Of a stretch of 20,397 bases of DNA, positions 1 to 9,969 are shown piece by piece. The notes beneath the pieces are model-generated. The model was not told where the DNA came from, ran no database searches, and saw only the letters and a list, made by a program, of their open reading frames with translations. Position 1 is the first letter of the stretch, and each line of letters starts with the position of its first letter. The stretch comes from Candidatus Dadabacteria bacterium (GTDB lineage Bacteria; Desulfobacterota_D; UBA1144; Nemesobacterales; CSP1-2). Made by a program: the position numbers and the translations under genes. Location: positions 20,226-40,622 of the forward strand of contig PSLL01000023.1 of assembly GCA_040289575.1 (NCBI GenBank). Direction: 5' to 3'.

Positions 1-824
1 ACAGTTTGTAGATAAACTTCTGTATTCCCGATATGTCCCCTTCTGCAACCAGAAATTCATGATCTTTGGATTTTTCGGGAAGCTCGCCCTCCTCATAAAG
101 GTCATATAGGCAAGACGCAATAGCCGCCGTGGTTCTTGAGTGGTCGAAAAGGGAGATATCGTCATCTACTTCATTTTTCGCATTTGTATAACTGGGAACA
201 CACTAAGTGTGCTTCATAAGCAGATAATAAAGTCCATTTAGAAAAAGATCGAAATTAAGACCGAGTTCAATGGTGTTTTATCCCTTAATTTTTCAAAATC
301 CTTTATAAAGCCATTCCAGAGGGTTCTATATTCATCTTTATATTCGTCGATAACTCCGGTTCCTTGAAGTGGCTTGATCTCGCTTTTTTTCTTGGGAAAG
401 ACGATCTTGCTAAGAGCAAGAGGAGCTAAGGTGTGAAAATACGGTTCATTAATTTTTGACTCTCCCTTTAGGGAGATTTTATTGAATATCGAAGAAAGTC
501 TTCTTTTAATGTAATCGTCTTTATCTCCTCTTGCGGTTTCTTCCCTTTCTCCCGAAGAGATATGGTCGGCAACTCGAATCAATTTATGCAAGGCGGAAGC
601 AGGTTTGTGGTGAAAAGAAGCTAGATTTTGAGGATTGAAGTCGAAGGTAACCTCTCCTATAACTTTTTCTTTTAATTCATCAGTGAAATATTTAAAAAAC
701 TCATCGGTCCAAAGAACATGGAGGTGAGTTGAGAAGTTATCTTTTGGGTCTCTTGGACAAATATCACCTTCCCTATATCATGAAGTAGCGCCCCGATAAC
801 TATAGCCCTCTTTTTAGAATCCAT
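1..824 (-). pseudogene. cas10: Type III-A CRISPR effector large subunit Cas10/Csm1, 5' portion (HD nuclease domain and start of palm region), disrupted; continues off the left edge
   Basis: Manual translation in three frames. ATG 824 gives MDSKKRAIVIGALLHDIGK (HD motif). A second frame gives DICP...THLHVLWTDEFF...NLASFHHKP...LIRVADHISSGERE (includes ORF 238..591). A third frame gives LYYLLMKHT*CVPS...DISLFDHSRTTAAIA...FLVAEGDISGIQKFIY. These are hallmark Csm1 motifs. Frameshifts lie at about 765 and about 260-280, with an in-frame TAG at 205..203. Confidence 0.93.
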
Positions 825-844
825 CCTTAGAATTCCCCCACTTA

Positions 845-874
845 TTTATACAAACTTTCACCGTGATATGTCAA
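845..874 (-). promoter_or_regulatory. Putative sigma70 promoter for cas10
   Basis: TTGACA (874-869), an 18-nt spacer, then TATAAA (850-845), ending about 20 nt upstream of ATG 824. Confidence 0.5.
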
Positions 875-1044
875 CTACCTTTGATTTAAGTAGATAAAAA
901 TCTTCCAAAATACACTATCTAAAAGTCTAAATACCACGCATCAGACCGCAATGAATTGCAACATTGCAGAAATATTGCCGGACTCTAGGGGATGGTTCAT
1001 ATACCTATTAGGCTATTAGAAGCTATCTCGAAGGTACTCCGAGG

Positions 1045-1154
1045 GTTATTCTGAATTAAAGCGAGGCAACTGGAGAATCCCATTTTAACGACTCACAAAT
1101 AGATGAGGTGCTTCGCTGGGTCTACACTGGGCGCGGTGAATTGCTCAAAATGAC
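1045..1154. repeat. Degenerate REP-like / hairpin interspersed repeat
   Basis: The ends GTTATTCTGA and TCAAAATGAC are imperfect inverted repeats. Internal GAGAATC...GAGGTGCTTCGCTG segments resemble, from memory, common GTCATTCTGAGCG...CTTCGCT...CTCAGAATGAC repeats. Confidence 0.3.
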
Positions 1155-1190
1155 AAACTAATTTTGAGGTGACTTCTAGTTTTGAGTCTA

Positions 1191-1199
1191 TGGTAAACT
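1191..1199 (+). promoter_or_regulatory. Extended -10 promoter (TGnTAAACT), probable leaderless start
   Basis: TGGTAAACT at 1191-1199, 7 nt before ATG 1207, with no Shine-Dalgarno. Confidence 0.45.
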
Positions 1200-1206
1200 A
1201 AATTTG

Positions 1207-2208
1207 ATGAAAAAGGTAATTAAAAATTGGATTCATATTCCCGGCATTCATTGTGGCTCTACGGCTCTAAGGGATGTGGTTGCTTATTACAGATACAGTC
1301 TCTCAGAGGCGATGTGCTTTGGACTCGGCGGAGGGCTAGGGTTCTTCTACACAAAAGGAGAAAATTTAAGCCCCTCAAGGATAATACACCTTCGGGGCCC
1401 CGGGATGGAGCCGAATTTCTTTAGCCTAATTGATAAGCCCACATCATGGAAATATGAGTCGGATGAGGATAAGGCGTTTCAGGTTTTAAAAGACTGGATA
1501 GATAGAGATGTCCCTGTCTTAATACAGACGGATATTTATTATCTGGACTACTATAAGTCCTCTACGTACTTTCCGGGGCATATCGTCTCTGTTTGGGGGT
1601 ATGACGATGAAACAGAGAGGGTTTTTCTTGGGGATACGGGATTTGAAGGGTTGCAAGCTGTTCCTTATGATGACTTTAAAAAGGGGAGGGTCTCTAAAGC
1701 CCCTCCATTTCCGCTTAACAACAACTGGTTTGAGGTAAATCTTAAAAAGCCCATTCCGCCCCTATCAGAGATTATTCCTGAAGCCATTCATAGAAATGCG
1801 AGATTCATGATTGAGGGCACAAGGAGCGCAAGAGGAGAGTCCAGTGTGAAAATGATAAAGCTCTGGGCGGAAGAACTTCCGACATGGGCGGATGCTCCCG
1901 ACTGGAGGTGGTGCGTGAGGTTTGCGTATCAGGTAATAGAGAGAAGAGGAACGGGCGGCGGCGGATTTAGATGGATCTACAGGGATTTTCTAAGGGAGGC
2001 AGAGAAAATAGTCCCCGCATTAAAAGGGTTCAAGCTCTCTGAGAAAATGGATTTAATCGGAAGAAAGTGGAGTGAGTTATCCATGATTCTAAAGCAGATA
2101 AGCGAGAGTGAAAGGGACGAGGACCTCTTTAGGAAAGCTGCAGGGAGGGCAAGGGATTTGGGCGAGATTGAAGAGGAGTTTTATAGAACCGCAATTGAGG
2201 TTGTATAA
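1207..2208 (+). CDS. BtrH N-terminal / DUF4872 family protein (C39/papain-like cysteine peptidase fold)
   Basis: N-terminal GIHCGSTALR..LSEAMCFGLGGGLGF, D..YLDYY....FPGH..V.GYD, and C-terminal IERRGTGGGGFR..Y.DFL motifs match this family. The putative Cys/His/Asp triad is present. ATG 1207 is preferred over TTG 1204. Confidence 0.85.
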   Translation: MKKVIKNWIHIPGIHCGSTALRDVVAYYRYSLSEAMCFGLGGGLGFFYTKGENLSPSRIIHLRGPGMEPNFFSLIDKPTSWKYESDEDKAFQVLKDWIDRDVPVLIQTDIYYLDYYKSSTYFPGHIVSVWGYDDETERVFLGDTGFEGLQAVPYDDFKKGRVSKAPPFPLNNNWFEVNLKKPIPPLSEIIPEAIHRNARFMIEGTRSARGESSVKMIKLWAEELPTWADAPDWRWCVRFAYQVIERRGTGGGGFRWIYRDFLREAEKIVPALKGFKLSEKMDLIGRKWSELSMILKQISESERDEDLFRKAAGRARDLGEIEEEFYRTAIEVV

Positions 2209-2882
2209 TGAAACTCATTCTCTTTGATCTTGACGGAACTATCCTTCTCTCAGGCGGTGCAGGGGCAAGGGCAGTATGCCGCGCCTGTAAAAAGATTTAC
2301 GGAATTGAAAACGCCATGGACGGAATAAAGCCGGATGGAAAAACGGATATTACAATCCTCAGAGAAATATTCAAAGCAATGGAGAAGGATTTTTTACTCG
2401 AGGAGATAGACGGCCTCTTTAGTGAGTATCTCATTTTTCTTAAAGACGAGGTGGCAAATTCCCATGATTATAGGGTAATGCCCGGAATCCCAGAGCTCAT
2501 AAAAGCCCTTTCAAAAAGAGAAGATATAATCCTCGGAATTGCTACGGGCAATATTAAAGAGGCGGCATTGATAAAGCTCGGGCGCTCCGGGCTTGGCCAT
2601 TATTTTAGATTCGGGGGCTTCGGCTCAGATTTTGAGGATAGAGAGGAAATAATTCGGATTGCCATAGAAAGGGGGAAAGGGTTTCTCAATAAAGAGAATG
2701 GCTTTGATGGGATTTTTGTAATCGGGGATACACCGCTTGATATAATTGCTGCAAGGGTGGTGGGGGTAAAGGCAGTTGCTGTGGCTACGGGGTCTTATTC
2801 CATTAGTGATTTGAAGGAGTATAACCCCGATTATCTTTTTGAAAATTTCTCCGATCTTGAGAGTGTGTTAAAGATATTTTAA
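2208..2882 (+). CDS. HAD-superfamily hydrolase (phosphoglycolate phosphatase-like)
   Basis: Motif I FDLDGT, motif II ATGN, motif IV IGDTPLD. TAATG overlap with the upstream gene. Confidence 0.92.
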   Translation: MKLILFDLDGTILLSGGAGARAVCRACKKIYGIENAMDGIKPDGKTDITILREIFKAMEKDFLLEEIDGLFSEYLIFLKDEVANSHDYRVMPGIPELIKALSKREDIILGIATGNIKEAALIKLGRSGLGHYFRFGGFGSDFEDREEIIRIAIERGKGFLNKENGFDGIFVIGDTPLDIIAARVVGVKAVAVATGSYSISDLKEYNPDYLFENFSDLESVLKIF

Positions 2883-2911
2883 GATAAATGACAAAGGTTC
2901 GCTAATTTTAA

Positions 2912-3478
2912 TCAAATTACCCGTCTTAAAACCGAACTCAGTCTTTCATAATCGTCTTTAAAGATACGCGTAAGGCTCTTTCCCATCCTTACTATGTAGT
3001 TCCTCTCAAATCCCCTTGCGCTTTGGGCATAACGTAGAGATGAGATAATGAGCTCATCTACGGGGATGTTGGGCGATGAGATGATGGTTCTTAGGAAAAA
3101 GTCCTCCGATGTGAGCCTCTCCACCTCATCTTTTGTACATTCATATACAAACGAGTGGATCGGTGGTGGAAGGGGAGGGAGGGAAAACCTCATCTTCTCC
3201 TCTTCGGAATATGCGATAATTAGGGCGTGAAACTCGGTTTTTAGGAGTTCGAATATCTGTGGCTGCTCACGGCGTAACTCCTCAATTGTCATCCCATATG
3301 CCATGGGTTTCCTTCCCGGCTCTTTGCTCTCTGTGAGGATCTCATAAACCAGTCCATAGACCACCGGCTCTGAATCGGTCTTTACAAAATATCCAAAAGG
3401 CGGCGACTCGCCCACGTTTTGGGAACGGGCAACAAGCCCCTTTGTGCTTGATTCTATCACTTCGCCAACGTGACTCAT
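2912..3478 (-). CDS. Stand-alone HAS-barrel domain protein (HerA/NurA-associated)
   Basis: VGEVIESST...PPFG.FVK....VYGLVY.I...S.EPGRKP.A...QPQ...LL.TEF...LPP.PP.IH..VY.C pattern of HAS-barrel proteins, followed by a helical C-terminus. No Walker A/B motifs. Coupled to nurA by a TAATG overlap. Confidence 0.75.
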   Translation of the reverse strand: MSHVGEVIESSTKGLVARSQNVGESPPFGYFVKTDSEPVVYGLVYEILTESKEPGRKPMAYGMTIEELRREQPQIFELLKTEFHALIIAYSEEEKMRFSLPPLPPPIHSFVYECTKDEVERLTSEDFFLRTIISSPNIPVDELIISSLRYAQSARGFERNYIVRMGKSLTRIFKDDYERLSSVLRRVI

Positions 3479-4650
3479 TAAACCCCCGGACTCATCTTAG
3501 ATAGGCCTTTTCTTGAAACAGTCACTTTGAAATCGGACTTAATCAGTGCCTCCCTTATGAGTTCAAAAAAGAAGTCCCTATCTTTCCCCTTTACTACTGC
3601 CTGTTCATGGGCTTCGATTAGGGCGACTGGATAACCGTTGCCCTTTTTTGCCTGGTCGAAAATAACCGCATGGACGAGGTCTAAAAGCCCTTTATCCTCA
3701 GCCACCCACATTGGGATCTCCACCCTTGCAATCTCTTCGCCTGTGTTTAGATAGAAAAAGTATATACTGTGGTCTCTATACTCCTCAAGAATTCTTGAGG
3801 ATGACTTAAATAAGGATGATCTTTCGCCGGGACCTAGGACCCTTGAGAATAGAACCCTATCTGTTATGCCTTCAATCGGAGCGCATGGAAGCTGAGTCAG
3901 ATGTGTATATGGGCACTGATTACAATAGCTTACCTCCTCTGGACAAAGCCCAACACGAAGGGCATTTACTATATCCGTGCCTCCGGGGAAGCTGATATAT
4001 CCAGCAAGTGGGGTTCTCAGGCCCTTTAGTCTATCCATTATACGGATAAAAGGGCTCATAATCTCACTTTTGAAATCGTCGGGCGTTCCCTCAAGCCTCC
4101 AGAGGATAAGGGTCCCGTCGGAGATGGCTATAATATTTTCTCTATTTTGGTGTTCCTCTGCGAGTCTGAGGATCTCTTCAAACTCCATTAGGCATCTTTT
4201 TTCAGAAATCACAGCGGCATCGGCCGGGATTCTTCTTCCGTCCCATGTGGTAAACCTGTCTTCATCCCTGAAGAAGAATTTGGGATATGAGTTGAGATGC
4301 GCCCTTCCGCCCGTTCCGTATTGTAGAACAACAGAGCCGATGTTAATTAAATAACACGAAAGTGCCTCGTGTCTGTCGGGAAAGATCTGAGACCCGTCTG
4401 AAGAGAGAACCGTGTAGTTTGAAGGGCGAGGAGGAAGCGGATATGTGACATCAAATGAGCCGAGTATACGCGGCAAAAGCCAAGAGGTCTTGCTGAGTTT
4501 TAGCTTTTCGGAGAGCCTTTCCCAATCATTTGCCCTGAGTTTAAATTCACTCCGGGCAAGGTTTATCCTTTCTAAAAATTCCCCTTCTAATCTCCTCTTT
4601 TCCTCAATCATATTATTCACTTGAGGCTTTAAGAAGGGGAAGTTGAGCAT
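3478..4650 (-). CDS. nurA: NurA family DNA double-strand break repair nuclease
   Basis: DGSQI (catalytic Asp), DGTLI.W, GYIS, RVE.P.W and GYP.AL.EAHE.A motifs. Contains a Cys4 insert CPEEVSYCNQC...C. Confidence 0.92.
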   Translation of the reverse strand: MLNFPFLKPQVNNMIEEKRRLEGEFLERINLARSEFKLRANDWERLSEKLKLSKTSWLLPRILGSFDVTYPLPPRPSNYTVLSSDGSQIFPDRHEALSCYLINIGSVVLQYGTGGRAHLNSYPKFFFRDEDRFTTWDGRRIPADAAVISEKRCLMEFEEILRLAEEHQNRENIIAISDGTLILWRLEGTPDDFKSEIMSPFIRIMDRLKGLRTPLAGYISFPGGTDIVNALRVGLCPEEVSYCNQCPYTHLTQLPCAPIEGITDRVLFSRVLGPGERSSLFKSSSRILEEYRDHSIYFFYLNTGEEIARVEIPMWVAEDKGLLDLVHAVIFDQAKKGNGYPVALIEAHEQAVVKGKDRDFFFELIREALIKSDFKVTVSRKGLSKMSPGV

Positions 4651-4660
4651 CTCGATGGGA

Positions 4661-4689
4661 AAGATAACACGGCTTTTTTATGTATGCAA
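4661..4689 (-). promoter_or_regulatory. Putative sigma70 promoter of nurA (near-leaderless)
   Basis: TTGCAT-N17-TATCTT with extended TG, ending 10 nt before ATG 4650. No SD. Confidence 0.45.
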
Positions 4690-4784
4690 GGATTTTAATA
4701 CAAGCCGAGGTGGCAATCACAGGATTTGATTTATACTAACCTAATGAATTGCCCTCTATTTGTGTCATAGTTGCCCGGGTGTCC

Positions 4785-6854
4785 TTATTGCTTTTTTGGA
4801 CGCACTAGCCTAAATGCTCCCGTACCCCCGTTTGTATCTATCTTGGGTAGCGTCAGTGTAAACCTGCATCCGCCGAGCACAGGACAGTTGATATTAGCAT
4901 CTGCTACTGTCTGACCGGTAATGAAATTTACTATACCAGTGGGATTATAACCCAGTCCATTTACAGTGATAGTTGTGGTATGGGAGTTGTTGTAATCAGT
5001 GTTGATGAGAAGTATATATCCCTCTTCGTTGTGTTCACGTGTAGAGATCTCAAAGTTTGGATCGGAGCTTACAGCTGTCCAACTTGTCCACCATTTCTCT
5101 TTAATTAGAGGCATAAGTGCGTCAATGTCCCTACGAACCGGGGCAAATGAGTTCCAGACATCCCCGTTTGCTACGGAGGTGTCACCGTTAATGTTACAGG
5201 TCTGAGATGTATCATTGGCACACTTGCAGTTTCCGGAGCCGTTTAGGTCAATTAGGTTGATAAGACACCGTTGATTTCCTGGAAACAATGGGTCTGCGAA
5301 GTATGTAACAGCATGCGCCCCATTCATAATGGACTTCCATACATGGTGCCGCCAATCTCTGCCCCAATATACACCAAATGTAAAGACGGGGCCTCCCTGA
5401 GGTTTTTCTATCCCTTCGAGGTTGTTTATCAGGATTACAGTGTCATACCAGTAATCAGCATAAGAATCCACTGTGTCATTATAAGCCCTTACTGCATTTG
5501 TAGAGCCTAGGTTCATAAATATTGGATAGAGGTATTTTCCCGTAGAGGGGTTGAAGTTAACGGACTCGATCTTTTTGTACAAGGTCCTCCATTGAGACAG
5601 GTACTCTCTACTTTCATTATCATAGTAAAAATAGAAATTATATGCACTGTTCTTATAATTGAGATAATTTTTTATGTCCTTGTCATTCCAGTAATTTATA
5701 AAGTGTTTACACGTTGCCCCAATATCACAATCGTCATCGGTCCAGCAGTTTTGCCAATTGAGATGGTTTGAGCATCTAAAGGTCATATAGTATCCAATAT
5801 CCATAGCTACCATAAGACCATCGGGATTAAGATCACATTTCGCTGCTGCCGCTCTGTCCATAAAGTTTGTTGCCCTACCTATTATGTTTCTGTGCATTAA
5901 GTTAAATCCGGCATTGCAATAATTTACCCAATCAAATCCATCCGTTCTTTGGTGGATTGCATAGGGGAAGAACTGAACCCAGTTGTCGGATTTACTACAG
6001 GTATCCCCTTTGCCCTGGCTTGAGCAATCACTATCTTTTATGCAGAGTGTATGAATGTCGCCAGAACAGGTATGTTTATTTATATAGAAATTCCCGAGTT
6101 CATCAATCTTTACCCTCTCGAATTGCTTTAAGACCCTCTTGGTTGAAGGAGGTTTTCTAAATCCCAGCTTACCGCGTCCAAAATAGACATCGTCGATCCA
6201 GACATTGCCTCCGTTGTTTCCCTCGTATTGGGTGTAATAACGGCTGAAGTTGAATGTGACTTTACACTCATTGGGTGCCATTTTAATAGGCATCGTTGTC
6301 CATTCTTCCCACTCATTCAGATGTGCGACATTGACCCATTCATTGGTCTTGGTAGGGTTAACGATATTCCCTTCTGAGCTATAGGTTACTACAGTCATTA
6401 GACCGTAGCCGTCCGGGTTATCGGATTTAATATAGCCGGAAAATATATATGTGCCTGAACAATCTCCGGAGCCAAGTGTGATTGTGTCACTCCACACTTC
6501 AAGTGCCCTGTTCCCTCCTATGGACATCCTCACGGAACCGCTTCCATCTGCTAAGTGCGTAACTGTTGAATCACAGGAGCCCCCATTGCCGTAATGCCAG
6601 AATCTGCCGGAGCATGAAAAATTAGGGTTTGGCAAAAGATTGGATTGCATAGAGTGGGCATATAGGATACCATGAGAGCTCGCATTAGGGGGAAAATTAG
6701 GTTCAGGTGTAGGAGCCGGGGTAGGCAGAAGGGAGGAGTCCTCAAGGCTTGAACTGCGCTGACAACCAAATAGGTAGATGCATGTTACAGCGATGACAAT
6801 TGCGAAAAAGCCGATTGGGTTTTTAGTTCTATTTATGGTCGGTCGCCTTTTCAT
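4785..6854 (-). CDS. Secreted lipoprotein: CBM4/9-like domain, putative glycoside hydrolase TIM-barrel-like domain and C-terminal beta-sandwich, with Cys-rich inserts
   Basis: SD AGGAAGGAG; basic N-terminus, hydrophobic stretch and lipobox LFG-C; PTPAPTP linker; NLLPNPNF...YIFSGYIKS...VWIDDVYF (CBM-like); GNFYIN...FFP...AGFN and YYDNE (GH-like). Confidence 0.65.
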   Translation of the reverse strand: MKRRPTINRTKNPIGFFAIVIAVTCIYLFGCQRSSSLEDSSLLPTPAPTPEPNFPPNASSHGILYAHSMQSNLLPNPNFSCSGRFWHYGNGGSCDSTVTHLADGSGSVRMSIGGNRALEVWSDTITLGSGDCSGTYIFSGYIKSDNPDGYGLMTVVTYSSEGNIVNPTKTNEWVNVAHLNEWEEWTTMPIKMAPNECKVTFNFSRYYTQYEGNNGGNVWIDDVYFGRGKLGFRKPPSTKRVLKQFERVKIDELGNFYINKHTCSGDIHTLCIKDSDCSSQGKGDTCSKSDNWVQFFPYAIHQRTDGFDWVNYCNAGFNLMHRNIIGRATNFMDRAAAAKCDLNPDGLMVAMDIGYYMTFRCSNHLNWQNCWTDDDCDIGATCKHFINYWNDKDIKNYLNYKNSAYNFYFYYDNESREYLSQWRTLYKKIESVNFNPSTGKYLYPIFMNLGSTNAVRAYNDTVDSYADYWYDTVILINNLEGIEKPQGGPVFTFGVYWGRDWRHHVWKSIMNGAHAVTYFADPLFPGNQRCLINLIDLNGSGNCKCANDTSQTCNINGDTSVANGDVWNSFAPVRRDIDALMPLIKEKWWTSWTAVSSDPNFEISTREHNEEGYILLINTDYNNSHTTTITVNGLGYNPTGIVNFITGQTVADANINCPVLGGCRFTLTLPKIDTNGGTGAFRLVRPKKQ

Positions 6855-7070
6855 TTTCTTGCTCCTTCCTCGATCGGTCTAAGCAAACGCATTTTTAATA
6901 GAATTTAAAAATGTGTCTTCAGATATGGATATGATTCTATATCAATAAGATTTAAGATTAAACACAAAATGAATTTGGATCAGAAAATATATTGAGGGTA
7001 GAAAGTAGACATCTACTGCTTTCAAGGAGGAGGGATTCATAGATCATGCTAAACGCGGAGTTAATTAAAG

Positions 7071-7123
7071 AAATAGAAAAAGCGGGCTTCTCAGGAACTT
7101 GAAGAAGCCCGCTTTTTCTATTT
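7071..7123. terminator. Strong intrinsic (potentially bidirectional) terminator downstream of groEL
   Basis: Perfect 21-bp inverted repeat AAATAGAAAAAGCGGGCTTCT / AGAAGCCCGCTTTTTCTATTT with an 11-nt loop and T-tracts on both strands, about 15 nt after the groEL stop. Confidence 0.9.
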
Positions 7124-7137
7124 TCAAAATGGATTTT

Positions 7138-9107
<1,970 letters not shown>

Positions 9108-9143
9108 ACGACTTACCTCCTGGGTTGGGATATATAATTGGGA

Positions 9144-9170
9144 TTAGCACTCTCATAGATAGAGTGCTAA
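9144..9170. promoter_or_regulatory. CIRCE operator (HrcA binding site)
   Basis: Perfect consensus TTAGCACTC-N9-GAGTGCTAA between the promoter and groES. Confidence 0.97.
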
Positions 9171-9174
9171 AAAT

Positions 9175-9203
9175 AAAATATACATCGGCTCTTTAACTGT
9201 CAA
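9175..9203 (-). promoter_or_regulatory. sigma70-type promoter of groESL
   Basis: TTGACA (9203-9198), a 17-nt spacer, then TATTTT (9180-9175), immediately upstream of CIRCE. Confidence 0.75.
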
Positions 9204-9256
9204 GAGTCGCTCTTATCTTAAACGAATTATAAGCAGGTTGCCCTTATATGTACTTT

Positions 9257-9955
9257 CTACTTCTGTACCCATCTACCGTCGGGGAGCTGAATCCACCAGC
9301 CCGGCTCGGCTTTCTCCCTTCTTACAGCGGCAAACTGCTCGGCAGCCTGTGGAATCAGACGGTTAATATTGTCGGATGTAGGCTCAATTTTATTAATCTT
9401 CACTATTGCCGTAGCCATTCCCCTGATTATAATCTGCCTGTCTGCATTTTCCGCATTAAAAGCCGCCTTCTCCTCCGCTGTGAGATCTCCTCTTTGTACA
9501 AGGAGCCCCTTATTTCCCTCCCCAACCTTTCCCTGGGAGCGCATACTGTTTAAAATCCCAAGCCGAGGGCCCATACGGCGAAAGGCTTCAACTACCTCAG
9601 GCATACTACGAATCTCATTTGCAATCTCCCCGGAAAGATCGCCCTGCGCAAATGCAGAAGGGGTTATACTAATCGAGAACCTCCTCCTTAGAGCAATTAT
9701 CCTACTCGACTTAATCCGCGGCTCTTTAGGGTAGATTCTAAGGCTTTGAGGTTCTACACTAGGATTTCCCTCTTTAGGGGTCTTCTGGGATCCTGGTGAT
9801 TTTTCCTGTGGAGGCTTTACCAATTCTTCTTCTAAATTCTTATAGGCCTCTTTTACTTCCTCTGCCGGGAAATAAACATTAACCGTTACAACCGCACATG
9901 ATAAGAGATAAACAAGTCCCGTTAGGATCAGCATTTGAAAAGCCGTTCTTCCCAT
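9257..9955 (-). CDS. YdbL/DUF1318 family lipoprotein with YnbE-like N-terminal segment
   Basis: Lipobox LLS-C followed by AVVTVNVYFPAEEV. C-terminal G.VGEGNKGLL...ENADR..I....A and A.PG.WIQ.PDG.W.K are typical of DUF1318. ATG 9955 has a GAGGTG SD (alternative GTG 9967). Confidence 0.82.
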   Translation of the reverse strand: MGRTAFQMLILTGLVYLLSCAVVTVNVYFPAEEVKEAYKNLEEELVKPPQEKSPGSQKTPKEGNPSVEPQSLRIYPKEPRIKSSRIIALRRRFSISITPSAFAQGDLSGEIANEIRSMPEVVEAFRRMGPRLGILNSMRSQGKVGEGNKGLLVQRGDLTAEEKAAFNAENADRQIIIRGMATAIVKINKIEPTSDNINRLIPQAAEQFAAVRREKAEPGWWIQLPDGRWVQK

Positions 9956-9969
9956 GTTTGTGTTCACCT

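Noticed and set aside
203..205. TAG readthrough / recoded genetic code rescuing cas10
   Set aside because: groEL and csp terminate normally at TAG, and two independent frameshifts also break the gene.
238..591. 117-aa ORF as an independent gene
   Set aside because: It is the middle-frame fragment of the cas10 pseudogene and has a TTG start with no SD.
825..1200. Possible CRISPR array or leader next to cas10
   Set aside because: No regularly spaced direct repeats of about 25-40 bp are visible here or elsewhere in the window.
7022..7102. SD-like AAGGAGG followed by an 18-codon ORF (MLNAELIKEIEKAGFSGT)
   Set aside because: The SD-to-ATG spacing is too long, and the ORF runs through the groEL terminator arm.
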